From a virus (Duplodnaviria > Caudoviricetes), in the IMG/VR virus record IMGVR_UViG_3300049173_000140, positions 1-37,936 of that record: a stretch of DNA of 37,936 bases; one strand, given 5' to 3'. The translations under genes and the position numbers were made by a program. Shown here one piece after another: positions 10,301-18,540 of this stretch (positions are counted from its first letter, which is position 1; every line of letters starts with the position of its first letter). Under the pieces are notes generated by a model that was not told the DNA's origin, did not search any database, and saw nothing but the letters and a program-made list of their open reading frames with translations.

Positions 10301-10964
10301 GCATCTTGTTGATCGCCGCGGCGGTGGGGGTGCGCTCGAAGAGGCGGTTCGCCGAAGTGCCGGTGTAGTCGTTCTTCAGGCCGTCCACCAGCTCGCAGAC
10401 GCACACCTGCGCCGGGTAGTCCACGAAGGAGCCGCCGGTGCTGTAGCTGTAGGTGCGCTGTTCCACGGCGACATCCGAGACGCGGACGTATTCCGTCTTG
10501 CCGCCGCCGCTGATCTGCAGCGTGCCGCTGATGGCCGGCGGCGTCGCGCCGGGCCGCTGGAAGATCTGCAGCGAGCGCTGCCCCTGCACATGGTTGGACA
10601 GCAGGTAGCCGTTGAACTCTTCGCCGGGCGAGGTGTAGGCCTCGATCCGGTTCTGGATGCTCGCGCGGCGGTCGAAGAAGTCGCCGGTCGCGAACAGCGT
10701 CGCGCTCACCTTCGGGTCGGCCGGCGCGCGCGAGATGATGACCACACCGCCGAGCGCCGTGTCGGTGTTCAGGGTCTGGATGACCGCGGCAATCTTCATG
10801 ATCGACACGTCGCCCTGCGCGCGGTCCACGGCCGAGATGTCCTTGAAGATGGCATTGGCAGCGCCATCGGGGATGACGTTCGAGGTCGGCGCACCGCCGC
10901 CCTCGGGCACGTCATCCATGACTTGGGTCGCCACGAGCTTGATATCGGATTCGAGAATGGTCAT
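7383..10964 (-). CDS. Large tail (tip/central fibre-like) structural protein, 1193 aa
   Basis: Start MTILESDIKLVATQVMDDVPEGGG; repeated G.VDYATG-like beta modules; two genes downstream of the tape measure. Confidence 0.85.
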   Translation of the reverse strand: MTILESDIKLVATQVMDDVPEGGGAPTSNVIPDGAANAIFKDISAVDRAQGDVSIMKIAAVIQTLNTDTALGGVVIISRAPADPKVSATLFATGDFFDRRASIQNRIEAYTSPGEEFNGYLLSNHVQGQRSLQIFQRPGATPPAISGTLQISGGGKTEYVRVSDVAVEQRTYSYSTGGSFVDYPAQVCVCELVDGLKNDYTGTSANRLFERTPTAAAINKMLVANASKFYGISKLAQNVTTGDLSAVVEHIDTQLVPSATTEIPIVDTSAAGSATSLVASGTGTVSLTTGVAFGPNAVIVVGNPVYPGSLSVVTSAGTLTDDGGRLKLGALTVGSVNYAGGSMAFASDAPAITGNKTITFRPAGAPIELADSASIVVTVESRRINYPLTILPPPAPGSLRVAYRAGGNWYELADDGGGRLSGASSSIGSGTVDYATGTALPTLGVLPDVGSEVIYTWAAKVNYKDRSGILPAALSILLALDHQAAQYGTVSVDWNDGTARHASDNGSGVLAGDATGPVSYAGGTIELKPNVLPGSAVAFTVGYSHGEPSSKTFAAPARNVDGSITLNLGQTNIAPRSLALDWNLVLQSTGGVPADQWVPQNFAATKTVTDDGAGNLRDGLGVSFGTLDYASGVATLFPEAQVSVAVPQWAVNPSGVLGTVLSPNLPGFYRNTLTGYTYAILNASLPADASALVSANFRVAGAGTTTSQVFNQPKLSIRLLPNFSEMGVPGSVNFTLGGKTYFDRAGALYTDLDPATGAATLAGSYDYATNLASLNTWPAAASSNVVVNSLLTTLDGQPVEYVVFRTPVAPISPGSLQLLATKLNGGTINVTADAAGFINGTNVHGTFDHATGVGKVRFGDWVTAAGNEGAVWYSPDAVGSDGKIWKPVPVFASTIRYNAVAFTTLPVDATLLGLDPVRLPADGRVPIFRKGELAVIHNTKQLPPAVVANGQTLSAGRERLSRARIIGADGVTIETGYTRNLDAGTVTFTDVSGYAQPVVYEHRVEDMLTVSDVGIDGRLAFAGRISHDYTAGDSYVSSGLRMGDVKARVSLLFDQQTWTGAWSDSLIGSAADATFNDIDHPITVTNKGAVTERWRIQINAGGNSYNLIGEHVGQVVTGQSLTADCSPLGPSGVPYLTIPAAGFGNGWPAGALIRFNTVAATFPFVPIRTVQMGAETVLDDSFEILVLIGVDRP

Positions 10965-10966
10965 GG

Positions 10967-11362
10967 TCAAACGGTGATGAGTCGCACGGTGGCGATGTAG
11001 GGGTAGTCCTCGGCGGGCAGCTCGGGGCGCGCGAGCGGCTTGCCTTCGATGGGCAGGCCGGGGGCAAACTGCACGTTGAAGCTGCGGCCATCGGCCAGCA
11101 CGAGCGCGTGGGTGCCGGTGGCGTCGGACTCGGCCAGGGCCTGCAGCGCCGTGAGCGCGCCACGGCGTATCCATCCGGCCTCGACCTCGCCTTGCAGCGT
11201 GATCGGCCGGCCCGCCAGGCGCACGCCGGCATCGATGAGCGCCGCGCCCGTGAGCGAATACTCGAGACTCTTCTCGACGCGGCTCCAGCCGAACTCATCG
11301 ACCCAGACCATGCCGCGCGGGATCTGCAGGCCGGCGAGCGTGTGAAACTTCGAAGCGGCCAT
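10967..11362 (-). CDS. Distal-tail-like protein, 131 aa
   Basis: WVDEFGW...YSLTGAALI...GRPITL; immediately downstream of the tape measure. Confidence 0.75.
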   Translation of the reverse strand: MAASKFHTLAGLQIPRGMVWVDEFGWSRVEKSLEYSLTGAALIDAGVRLAGRPITLQGEVEAGWIRRGALTALQALAESDATGTHALVLADGRSFNVQFAPGLPIEGKPLARPELPAEDYPYIATVRLITV

Positions 11363-11364
11363 GT

Positions 11365-14082
11365 CTATCGGCCCGGACGGTTGGACGACGTACCGGCCGC
11401 GGCGCCGAGCTGCGCGAGCAGCCCCTCGATGGCGTCGGCGCCGGCCGCGTCGGTGTGGACCGTGCCGTAGTCCCGACCGTTGAGGTTCAGGTGCAGGTTC
11501 ACGGTGCGGTTGGATTCGGGCTGCGGGATCGTGGTCGGCGTGCTGCCTTTGCCGAAGAAGGTTTCCTTCTCGGCCGCCTTGAGCAGCGCATAGCTCAGCG
11601 TGTCGCCGCCGTACTTCTTCTGGCCGGGGTTGTTGAAGAACTGGACGTTGCCCTTCTCGTCGGCGAACTCCCGGGCGATGCGGCGCGCCGTCGCGTCGTC
11701 GTTCACGCCGGCGTTCTTCAGGAACGCGGCAATGCCGGTCAGGGTGCCCAGGTCGCTGCCGGCGTTGACCGTCTTGCCGTTCTTGTCGGTCGAGAAGCCG
11801 CTCGCATCGCGACCGAGGCGCTTGTTCTCCAGCGCGGTTTCGCGCTCCTTCAGGGCGTTGGCCTTCTCGCGCGCCTCGATGTCGCGCTCGCGGGCACTCG
11901 TGACCTCGCGCAGCGCGCCGGCCAGGCCGTAGGCCGATTGCATCGCGTCGTTCTGCGCGTCGCGCAGTTTGAGCGTGGAGCGCCCCGCGCTGTCGAGCAC
12001 GACCTCGAAGCCGCGCATGGCCGCCTGTGCCTGCACCCAGCCCGGGGCGACGCCATTGCCCGCCGCGATGGCCGCCTCGGCGGCGCGCTTCCACGCCTCG
12101 CCCAGGCCGATGGCGGTCGCCTGCCCGCTGTCGCGGATCAGCTCGAAGTCGCGCAGCGCGGTCTTCGCGACCGTCTCCAACTCGACTTTGGTCTGCACGC
12201 CCGCGCGCTGGAAAGCGGCGGCAATCTCGGCCGCGGCCTCGGCCTGCGCCTTCTTGTTGGTGGTCGCCGCTTCAGCCGCGGCATTGTTGGCCTTCTTCAG
12301 CTCGTCGAGTTTCTGCGCGGCCAGCTCCAGATTCTTGGTTTCGATGGCTTGCGCGTATTCGGCCCGCAGGCGCTCGACCGTGGCCCGGGCTTCCTCGGCC
12401 TTCACCTTCTGCGTTTCGGCGGCGCTGGCGGCCTTCTGGCCGGCTTCCTGCGCGCTGTCGCCGGCGGCCTTCATCTCCGCGGCCATGTCGGTGAACGCGG
12501 CGGCGCCGCCGTCGGCCGCGACCGTGGTCGTCTCGGCGCTTGCGGTCAGGCCTGCCCATCCGGCGCGCGCCTGCTCGGCGCCCTCGGCCGCGCGTTCGAA
12601 GGCGTCGCTCGCCTTCTCGCCGAAGGCATCGGCCACCGCGCCGGTGGCCTCGGCCGAGCGTCGCACCTCTTCGGCCGCCGCCTTGAAGGCCGCCGACAGG
12701 TCGCCGAAGGTGATCTTCGCGAGGCCCGCAATGATGGTCGCGAGGCCCGTCTGCACGGCACTGACCACGGTTGCCATGCCCTCGGCCATCTTGTACATCG
12801 CCGAGAGAACCACGTTCGCGCCCGCCGTCATGACGCCCCAAACGGCCTGCACAACGCTGCCGGTGGTTTGCGCCTTCTGGCCGAAGCTGTCGAGCAATGC
12901 CCCCGCACGGTCGGCCAGCGCCTGCGCCTTCGCCACCAGTGCCGGGACATCGACACTCGCGACGAACGCCTGCACCCACTTGATGCCGTTCTGGAACGCT
13001 GTCGCCAGCGCGGCCCCGAACTTGCCCACGGTGCCATCGGCGACCGCCGCGCGCAGGGCGCCGGACAGTTGTTCGACGCCATCCTTCAGCACCGGAAGAA
13101 TCGGGGTCGTCAGTGCGTTGAGCGTCGAATCCCACGCGGTGCGCAATGCGTTGATCGCGCCATTGAGGTTCGACTGCATGACCGCGGCGGTGTCGGCCGC
13201 GCTGCCTTTGGCGTTCTCCAGCTTCTTGGTCAGCACGTCGAGCGAATCGACGCCCTGATTCAGCAGCGCACGCAATGCCGGCCCGGCTTCCTGCCCCACG
13301 GCCGCAATGGCGCGCTGCCCGGCCGGACCCGCCGCGGCCAGCTCGTGCAGCATCTTCTCGAAGTTGCCCGTCGTGATGCCGGCAGCGGCCAGTTCCGTGC
13401 GGAACTTGCTGGCCGGGTCGGAGAACTGCGCAAAGATGCTGTTCAACGCCGTGCCGGCGCGGCTTGCATCGATGCCGGCATCGGCAAACTTGCCGACGAT
13501 GGCGACCGTGGATTCGAGGCTCAGCCCGAGCGTGTTTGCCAGCGGGGCCGCGTAGCTCAGCGCTTGCGCCAGGCCGGCGACGCTGGTGTTCGTGGCGCTG
13601 GCGCCGAGCGCGAGCACGTCGGCGACGCGGCCTGCATCCGCAAACGAGAGGCCCAGGCCGTTGACGATCTTCGTCAGGTACTCGGCCGAGGTCGCCAGCT
13701 CCACATCGCCGGCACGCGCGAGCTGCATCGCCGATGGCAGCGTGGCGATGGCGTCGCGCACGCTGAGGCCGGCTTTGGCGAGGTTCTCCAGCGCGCCAGC
13801 GGCCTCCAGTTCGGTGAACCCGTACCGAGCATCGGCCGCCGCTTCTCTCACGGCCGTCCGCAGCTCGCGCATCTCGCCGGCGGTGGCGCCGGTGGCCGCC
13901 TTGACGCGGCTCAGCGCCTGCTCAAGGTCCGCACCTCCCTTGATCCAACCCGCAAAGGCCTGGATGCCGAAGTAGCCGAGCACCACGGCCGCGAACGCGG
14001 CAAGGCGCGCCTGCAGCTTGTCGAACACCTTGGACGCATCGTCCTTGGCGTTGATCACGATCTGAATCGGCTTGAAGGCCAA
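11365..14082 (-). CDS. Tail tape measure protein (TP901-type), 905 aa
   Basis: TTG start with AAAGG upstream; Ala-rich helical protein; core motifs LAKAGLS, ADVLA, LAQALSYAAP, AGIDASRAGTAL. Confidence 0.93.
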   Translation of the reverse strand: MAFKPIQIVINAKDDASKVFDKLQARLAAFAAVVLGYFGIQAFAGWIKGGADLEQALSRVKAATGATAGEMRELRTAVREAAADARYGFTELEAAGALENLAKAGLSVRDAIATLPSAMQLARAGDVELATSAEYLTKIVNGLGLSFADAGRVADVLALGASATNTSVAGLAQALSYAAPLANTLGLSLESTVAIVGKFADAGIDASRAGTALNSIFAQFSDPASKFRTELAAAGITTGNFEKMLHELAAAGPAGQRAIAAVGQEAGPALRALLNQGVDSLDVLTKKLENAKGSAADTAAVMQSNLNGAINALRTAWDSTLNALTTPILPVLKDGVEQLSGALRAAVADGTVGKFGAALATAFQNGIKWVQAFVASVDVPALVAKAQALADRAGALLDSFGQKAQTTGSVVQAVWGVMTAGANVVLSAMYKMAEGMATVVSAVQTGLATIIAGLAKITFGDLSAAFKAAAEEVRRSAEATGAVADAFGEKASDAFERAAEGAEQARAGWAGLTASAETTTVAADGGAAAFTDMAAEMKAAGDSAQEAGQKAASAAETQKVKAEEARATVERLRAEYAQAIETKNLELAAQKLDELKKANNAAAEAATTNKKAQAEAAAEIAAAFQRAGVQTKVELETVAKTALRDFELIRDSGQATAIGLGEAWKRAAEAAIAAGNGVAPGWVQAQAAMRGFEVVLDSAGRSTLKLRDAQNDAMQSAYGLAGALREVTSARERDIEAREKANALKERETALENKRLGRDASGFSTDKNGKTVNAGSDLGTLTGIAAFLKNAGVNDDATARRIAREFADEKGNVQFFNNPGQKKYGGDTLSYALLKAAEKETFFGKGSTPTTIPQPESNRTVNLHLNLNGRDYGTVHTDAAGADAIEGLLAQLGAAAGTSSNRPGR

Positions 14083-14194
14083 CGGGAAACCTTTGGAAGT
14101 GAAGTGAGAGGGGACCGGTGCGGCGACGGTTGACGCTTCCTGCGAAGCGCCAGGCGTCGCCGCCGCTCAGTGCGAGCGGCGGCGGGATGGGCGG

Positions 14195-14983
14195 TTAGAC
14201 CTCCAGCGGACGGCCATCGACGAAGATCGCGACGCCGTTCGGCGGCGTCAGCACCTCGATGTCGAATTCCATCTGCACATAGCCGTCGTCGCTGGTGATG
14301 AGCGACAGGTCGCCGGTGGGGGCGAGCGTCACGAGCGGGCAGTAGGTGTCGCTCTGCTCGCCTTCGGCGACGTTGGAGAGGACGCGCAGCGCACCGCGCA
14401 GTTCGGCCTTGTCGCCGGACTTGATGCTCAGCCAGGTGGTTGCCGGCTTGGAATACGCGACCTTGATCTTTCCGGCGGGGATGCCACCACCCGCGAGGAT
14501 CTGCAGGCGGCCGAGGGCCGCATCGACCGTGTAGTCGGTGCCCAGTTCGTAGGGGTCGCCGCCCGCCTCGGGCGTGACCACCACGGCCGTGACCTTGCGC
14601 GCGCCGGCCGGGTTGGCGTCGGTGCGGCCGAGCTGGTAGAAGCGGCCCGGCGTGACGGCGATCTCTTCGGCGGCGACGGCGCCGGTGGCCTGGGTGACCG
14701 TGGACTTCTCGCCCGAGATGAACATCGCGCGGTTGTCCGCGCTCATGTTGTCGCAGGTGATCTTGCCGGTGCGGTCGATGCGCACGACGCGGTTCGCATC
14801 CTTCACGCCCGGGCCGGATTCAGCGCTGTAGTGCGGCGCCTTCTCGGTCGCGATGTTGAGCGTGACGGTCGGGCAGTTGCCGAGGTGGCGCTCGCCGGTG
14901 AGCTGGTCGGCCGCGTCGAGCACGTCAAAGAAGACGCGACCGCGCGGAATGATGTACTGAGACTTTTCGAAGATGTTTGCCAT
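14195..14983 (-). CDS. Major tail (tube) protein, 262 aa
   Basis: MANIFEKSQYIIPRGRVFF...ERHLGNCP; GGAG upstream; lies between the neck genes and the tape measure. Confidence 0.8.
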   Translation of the reverse strand: MANIFEKSQYIIPRGRVFFDVLDAADQLTGERHLGNCPTVTLNIATEKAPHYSAESGPGVKDANRVVRIDRTGKITCDNMSADNRAMFISGEKSTVTQATGAVAAEEIAVTPGRFYQLGRTDANPAGARKVTAVVVTPEAGGDPYELGTDYTVDAALGRLQILAGGGIPAGKIKVAYSKPATTWLSIKSGDKAELRGALRVLSNVAEGEQSDTYCPLVTLAPTGDLSLITSDDGYVQMEFDIEVLTPPNGVAIFVDGRPLEV

Positions 14984-15003
14984 GATGGCTCCGTGGATTG
15001 GGT

Positions 15004-15414
15004 TCACTCTTGGCCGAAGTAGCGGCCCGTTGTGGAGAAGAGGAGCTCGATGCCGATGAAGCCTTCGAGCGGGTACTGCGGCGGCGCGAAGCGCACCAGC
15101 GACAGCGCGCCCCAGCGCCGGCCGCCGGCGGCTCCGGGCTCCCAGTTGTGCAGCGAAGCGATGACGCCGGCGAAGGCCGCATCGAGCAGCAGCGCCGCGT
15201 CGGGGCCTTGTTTGGCGCTGAGCAGCACCTGCCAGCCCGGCTGCAACGCGACCGCGCCCGCCTTTACGTCCGACACGGCGCCGGCGGCGAACATGACGGA
15301 GGCCAGCGCATGGCCGGGCCGCTCGCCCTTGTCGGACGTGTAGCCCTTGACGGTCCACGCGGCGGCCAGGGTCTCGCGCAGCCGATCGACGATGACGGGT
15401 TCGAGAGCCAGCAC
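15004..15414 (-). CDS. Tail terminator/neck protein, 136 aa
   Basis: GTG start (VLALEPVIVDRL) after GGGAG; between the head-tail joining gene and the tail tube gene. Confidence 0.65.
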   Translation of the reverse strand: MLALEPVIVDRLRETLAAAWTVKGYTSDKGERPGHALASVMFAAGAVSDVKAGAVALQPGWQVLLSAKQGPDAALLLDAAFAGVIASLHNWEPGAAGGRRWGALSLVRFAPPQYPLEGFIGIELLFSTTGRYFGQE

Positions 15415-15416
15415 GG

Positions 15417-15713
15417 TCAGGCACTCCCAAGGGTCAGGCGGACAAAGCCGGCGCCATCGGCGTCCGTGCGCATGACCTCGTAGGCGGTCCCGCGAACAAG
15501 GATGGTGTCGCCGCGCACCACGCCGCCCAGATCCGCCACCGCACCCGAGCATTCCGGTGCGCGCGCATCGACCTGGCCGTCGAACAGATGCGAGGCCGGC
15601 TCGTCGAAGATGACGGCCACGTCGCGGCCTGCCACCGTCGCGATGGCGTTCGCCAGGTGGCCGAGCACGCCGGCGTCCACCATGCTTTCGATCTGGGCAA
15701 AGGGAGCGTCCAT
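15417..15713 (-). CDS. Head-tail joining protein (gpFII-like), 98 aa
   Basis: GAGG upstream; VAVIFD...RGDTILVRGTAYEV...DGAGFVRLTL beta-barrel pattern; follows the capsid gene. Confidence 0.75.
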   Translation of the reverse strand: MDAPFAQIESMVDAGVLGHLANAIATVAGRDVAVIFDEPASHLFDGQVDARAPECSGAVADLGGVVRGDTILVRGTAYEVMRTDADGAGFVRLTLGSA

Positions 15714-15726
15714 CGCCACGCCTCGC

Positions 15727-16740
15727 TCAGCGCACCTTGGCCGAGAACGACGCGTTGACGCGGTACGGCACGGGCAGCGGCGCCGACTGCAGCAGCAGGA
15801 TGCGCACGGCGGGGTCCTTCTCGACCCACGACTTCGAGAAATACGGCACCGCCTGAAAGCCGGCTTCCTCGTCGCGGATCGCGCCATAGGCCCGCGCGCC
15901 TTCGAGGTCCGGGCTGGTGATGAGCACCGTGTAGTCGGGCAGGTACGGCACCAGCGCTTCGGTCACAGGGTCTTCGTACCAGCCGGCGTACACCCAGATG
16001 TCGAAGTCGCCGATGTTGCCCATGTAGCGACCGCCCTCGCCCACCACCGTGGCGTTGAGCTTGTCGTTGCCGCGGAAGCGGTCGAGCAGCTTCTGCACCG
16101 AGGGGGCCGCGCTGAAGAGCTGCCAGGCCTTCACGTCCATCACCAGCGTGTTGGCCGCGGCGCCCGAGTGCTGGGTGACCAGCATCGACCACTCGTTGAC
16201 ATCTTCGAGCGGATCGACACCGGCCTCGCCCCAGCGCGCGCCCGCCGACAGCGCCTTCGTCAGGTCGGCATGGCGGCCGAAGTCCACGACCACGGCCGGA
16301 TATTCCTCGCCCACCACCGTGACCTTGCCGGTGCGCAGCGCCTCCACCGCCATGACCTCCTGTCGGCGCGAGAGCATCTCGAGTTGGTCCTGCAGGTCGC
16401 CGGCGAGCAAGGCCTGCTGACGCTGCGCCGGCGACAGCTCGCCGCCGATGCGCTCGCCGATGGCGCGCTTGAAGGGGCGCGCGCTGTCGAAGACGCGCTT
16501 GTCCTTCACATAGGCGGGCTTGAAGGTGCCGGTCTTGAAGCCCTTGGACTGCACGACCTTGCCGGCCACGATGGGCGCGACGAACGGCGCCAGGCGCCGG
16601 CGGCCGTTGGCGACATCGAAATGGATGTCCTCGCTCGTTTCGGTCTGCAGGTCGCGGAAGAACGAGTTGAGGATGAACGGTGCCGGAGCCGGCAGCTCAG
16701 CGATGACGCGCGCGAGCACGCCGGTGGAAAAGATGTCCAT
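15727..16740 (-). CDS. Major capsid protein (lambda gpE family), 337 aa
   Basis: AGGAG RBS; LAPFVAP, FKPAYVKDK, RRQEVMAVEALRTGK, VDFGR, LLQSAPLPVP. Confidence 0.93.
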   Translation of the reverse strand: MDIFSTGVLARVIAELPAPAPFILNSFFRDLQTETSEDIHFDVANGRRRLAPFVAPIVAGKVVQSKGFKTGTFKPAYVKDKRVFDSARPFKRAIGERIGGELSPAQRQQALLAGDLQDQLEMLSRRQEVMAVEALRTGKVTVVGEEYPAVVVDFGRHADLTKALSAGARWGEAGVDPLEDVNEWSMLVTQHSGAAANTLVMDVKAWQLFSAAPSVQKLLDRFRGNDKLNATVVGEGGRYMGNIGDFDIWVYAGWYEDPVTEALVPYLPDYTVLITSPDLEGARAYGAIRDEEAGFQAVPYFSKSWVEKDPAVRILLLQSAPLPVPYRVNASFSAKVR

Positions 16741-16777
16741 GAAAGTCTCTCCTGTGGGATGTGTGGTGTGAAGCCGC

Positions 16778-17155
16778 TCAGGCCATGTCGGGCAGCAAGG
16801 TGATGCCCTTGGTACGCAGGCTTTCGGTGAGGCCACCCACCGTGTGGCCGGCGCCGATCACGAGCGCGCTCACGTTGAAGTCGCCGCGGGCGTAGCCGAG
16901 CGCTTCACGGTCGCCGCCGGTGGCATCGACCGTTTCGGCCAGGATCAGGTCCGGCGCTTCGCTGCCATCGGTGGCGGCGGCTTCGCTCACGGTGTGCTTC
17001 TTCGAAGCGGTGATGACGCCCAGCACCGTGCCGGCGGCGTACGCGCGACCCGCCAGCAGCGTGACCTTGCGGCCCACGAGCAGGTGCGCATTGCCTGCCA
17101 CGAGCACCTTCGAAGACGAAACGCCTTCGCTCTTGAATTCAGCGCGATAGTCCAT
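16778..17155 (-). CDS. Head decoration protein (lambda gpD family), 125 aa
   Basis: AGGAG RBS; AGTVLGVITAS, DGSEAP.LILAE.VDA, GDFN; between protease and capsid. Confidence 0.85.
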   Translation of the reverse strand: MDYRAEFKSEGVSSSKVLVAGNAHLLVGRKVTLLAGRAYAAGTVLGVITASKKHTVSEAAATDGSEAPDLILAETVDATGGDREALGYARGDFNVSALVIGAGHTVGGLTESLRTKGITLLPDMA

Positions 17156-17190
17156 GTCGAGAACTCCTGTGTTCCTGTGTGTGGGGGGAA

Positions 17191-17613
17191 TCAGCGCGCG
17201 CCGCGGAAGCTCGACACGATCTGGCTCGCGAGCGCGGCCTCGTCGGCGGCAGCGCCCGTGGCGGCCTCGACGCCGGACACGTCGGGATTGCCCAGCGTGG
17301 CCATCGCGGTGGCGAAGGCGTTGGCGGAGCTGGCGGGCGTGGCGGCCGGGGCCGCGCCGAGGAGGGCGCCGGCCTGCTCGACCGTCAGCCCGCTGGTGAC
17401 GCACTGGATGGCAAGCTGCGTGCGGCCGGCGGCGGCGTCGTGCGCGAAGATGCCGCTCACGCGGGTGCGCTCGGCCTTGGCGCCTTCGTCGCGACCCTCG
17501 GCGCGCGCGGCATCGACGTGGGCCTGTGTGAAGGCCGGGGCGGCCGGCGGGGTGCCGGCGGTGGCTGCTGCGGCTTGATGACCGCCCGCCTCGTTGGTGG
17601 TGGTGCCAGACAT
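17191..17613 (-). CDS. Nested in-frame scaffold protein (Nu3-like), 140 aa
   Basis: AAAGGAG 5 nt before an internal ATG (MSGTTTNE); Ala-rich; AERTRVSGI motif; same arrangement as lambda C/Nu3. Confidence 0.7.
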   Translation of the reverse strand: MSGTTTNEAGGHQAAAATAGTPPAAPAFTQAHVDAARAEGRDEGAKAERTRVSGIFAHDAAAGRTQLAIQCVTSGLTVEQAGALLGAAPAATPASSANAFATAMATLGNPDVSGVEAATGAAADEAALASQIVSSFRGAR

Positions 17614-18540
17614 TGAAACTCCTTTGTCGTTGGCGTTGGATCGGGCGGTCGGCCCGACAGGAAAGGACCGGCTGCGTTGGGCAGCCAGCTCGGAAATGAG
17701 TTGGTCGGTGGTGGCGATGCGGTCGGCCAGGCCGGAGGCCACGGCGGCGACGCCCGAATAGCTGGCGGCCTGCGTCTTGCGCACGGCGGCTGTGTCCATG
17801 CCGCGATGACGGGCGACCGCATCGACGAACATCGTGTAAAGGCCGTCGATCTCGGCCTGCCAGGCGTTGCGCACGTCCTCGGGCAAGGGCTCGTAGGGGT
17901 TGCCGTCCACCTTGTGGGCGCCCGCAAAGATGTGCGTCACGGTGATGCCGTCCTGGTCGAGCGCGCGCGAGAAGTCAACGTGCCGGGACACGACGCCGAC
18001 AGAACCTGCGTAGCCGGTGGCGGTCACGGCCACTTCATCGGCCGCGCTCGCGCCGAGATAGGCCGCCGACAGCGCCATGCCGTCGGCAATGGCCTGCATG
18101 GGCTTGCGTCCGCGCAGATCGAAGACACGTTGCGCGTACTCGAAGGCGCCTTGCGCCTCGCCGCCCGGGCTGTCGTAGACCTGCAGCACCGCGTGCACGT
18201 CGGGATGGCCCATCGCGTCTTCGAGGTCGGCGGCCAGGTCGTTGTAGCCCACCAGAAAGGTGCTCTCGGCCATGTCGAGCCGGCTGCGGTGCAGGAGCGC
18301 GCCGTTGATGCCGAGCACGGCGACGCCATCGACCACGCGGTAGCCGCGGTCGCTCTGCTCGCCGCGCCGCGTCGAGAACAGCTCGGGCGCCAGCATGCGC
18401 GAGCCGTCTGCGGCGGCCACGGCCAGCGGCCTCGCGCCGAGGAGCCGGTCGCTCAGGCCGGCGATGATCGCGTCGAGCTTCTGGGGGTGGATCAGCAGCG
18501 GCGTGTTGAAGATGCGCGCGGCGATGTGGGGGTACTTCAT
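17191..18540 (-). CDS. Prohead protease, S49 family (lambda gpC-like), 449 aa
   Basis: DSPGGE, ALSAAY, AGSVGV, GAHKVDGNPYEPL, GLADRI. Confidence 0.92.
   Translation of the reverse strand: MKYPHIAARIFNTPLLIHPQKLDAIIAGLSDRLLGARPLAVAAADGSRMLAPELFSTRRGEQSDRGYRVVDGVAVLGINGALLHRSRLDMAESTFLVGYNDLAADLEDAMGHPDVHAVLQVYDSPGGEAQGAFEYAQRVFDLRGRKPMQAIADGMALSAAYLGASAADEVAVTATGYAGSVGVVSRHVDFSRALDQDGITVTHIFAGAHKVDGNPYEPLPEDVRNAWQAEIDGLYTMFVDAVARHRGMDTAAVRKTQAASYSGVAAVASGLADRIATTDQLISELAAQRSRSFPVGPTARSNANDKGVSMSGTTTNEAGGHQAAAATAGTPPAAPAFTQAHVDAARAEGRDEGAKAERTRVSGIFAHDAAAGRTQLAIQCVTSGLTVEQAGALLGAAPAATPASSANAFATAMATLGNPDVSGVEAATGAAADEAALASQIVSSFRGAR

Noticed and set aside
4671-10964. Diversity-generating retroelement or invertible tail-fibre cassette
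   Set aside because: No reverse transcriptase or serine invertase, and no template/variable repeat pair noticed in the window.
11455-14133. 892-aa plus-strand ORF (and similar long ORFs such as 7632-9647, 18966-20405 and 24486-26216)
   Set aside because: Antisense shadows of high-GC structural genes, with Arg/Gly/Ala-rich composition and no motifs.
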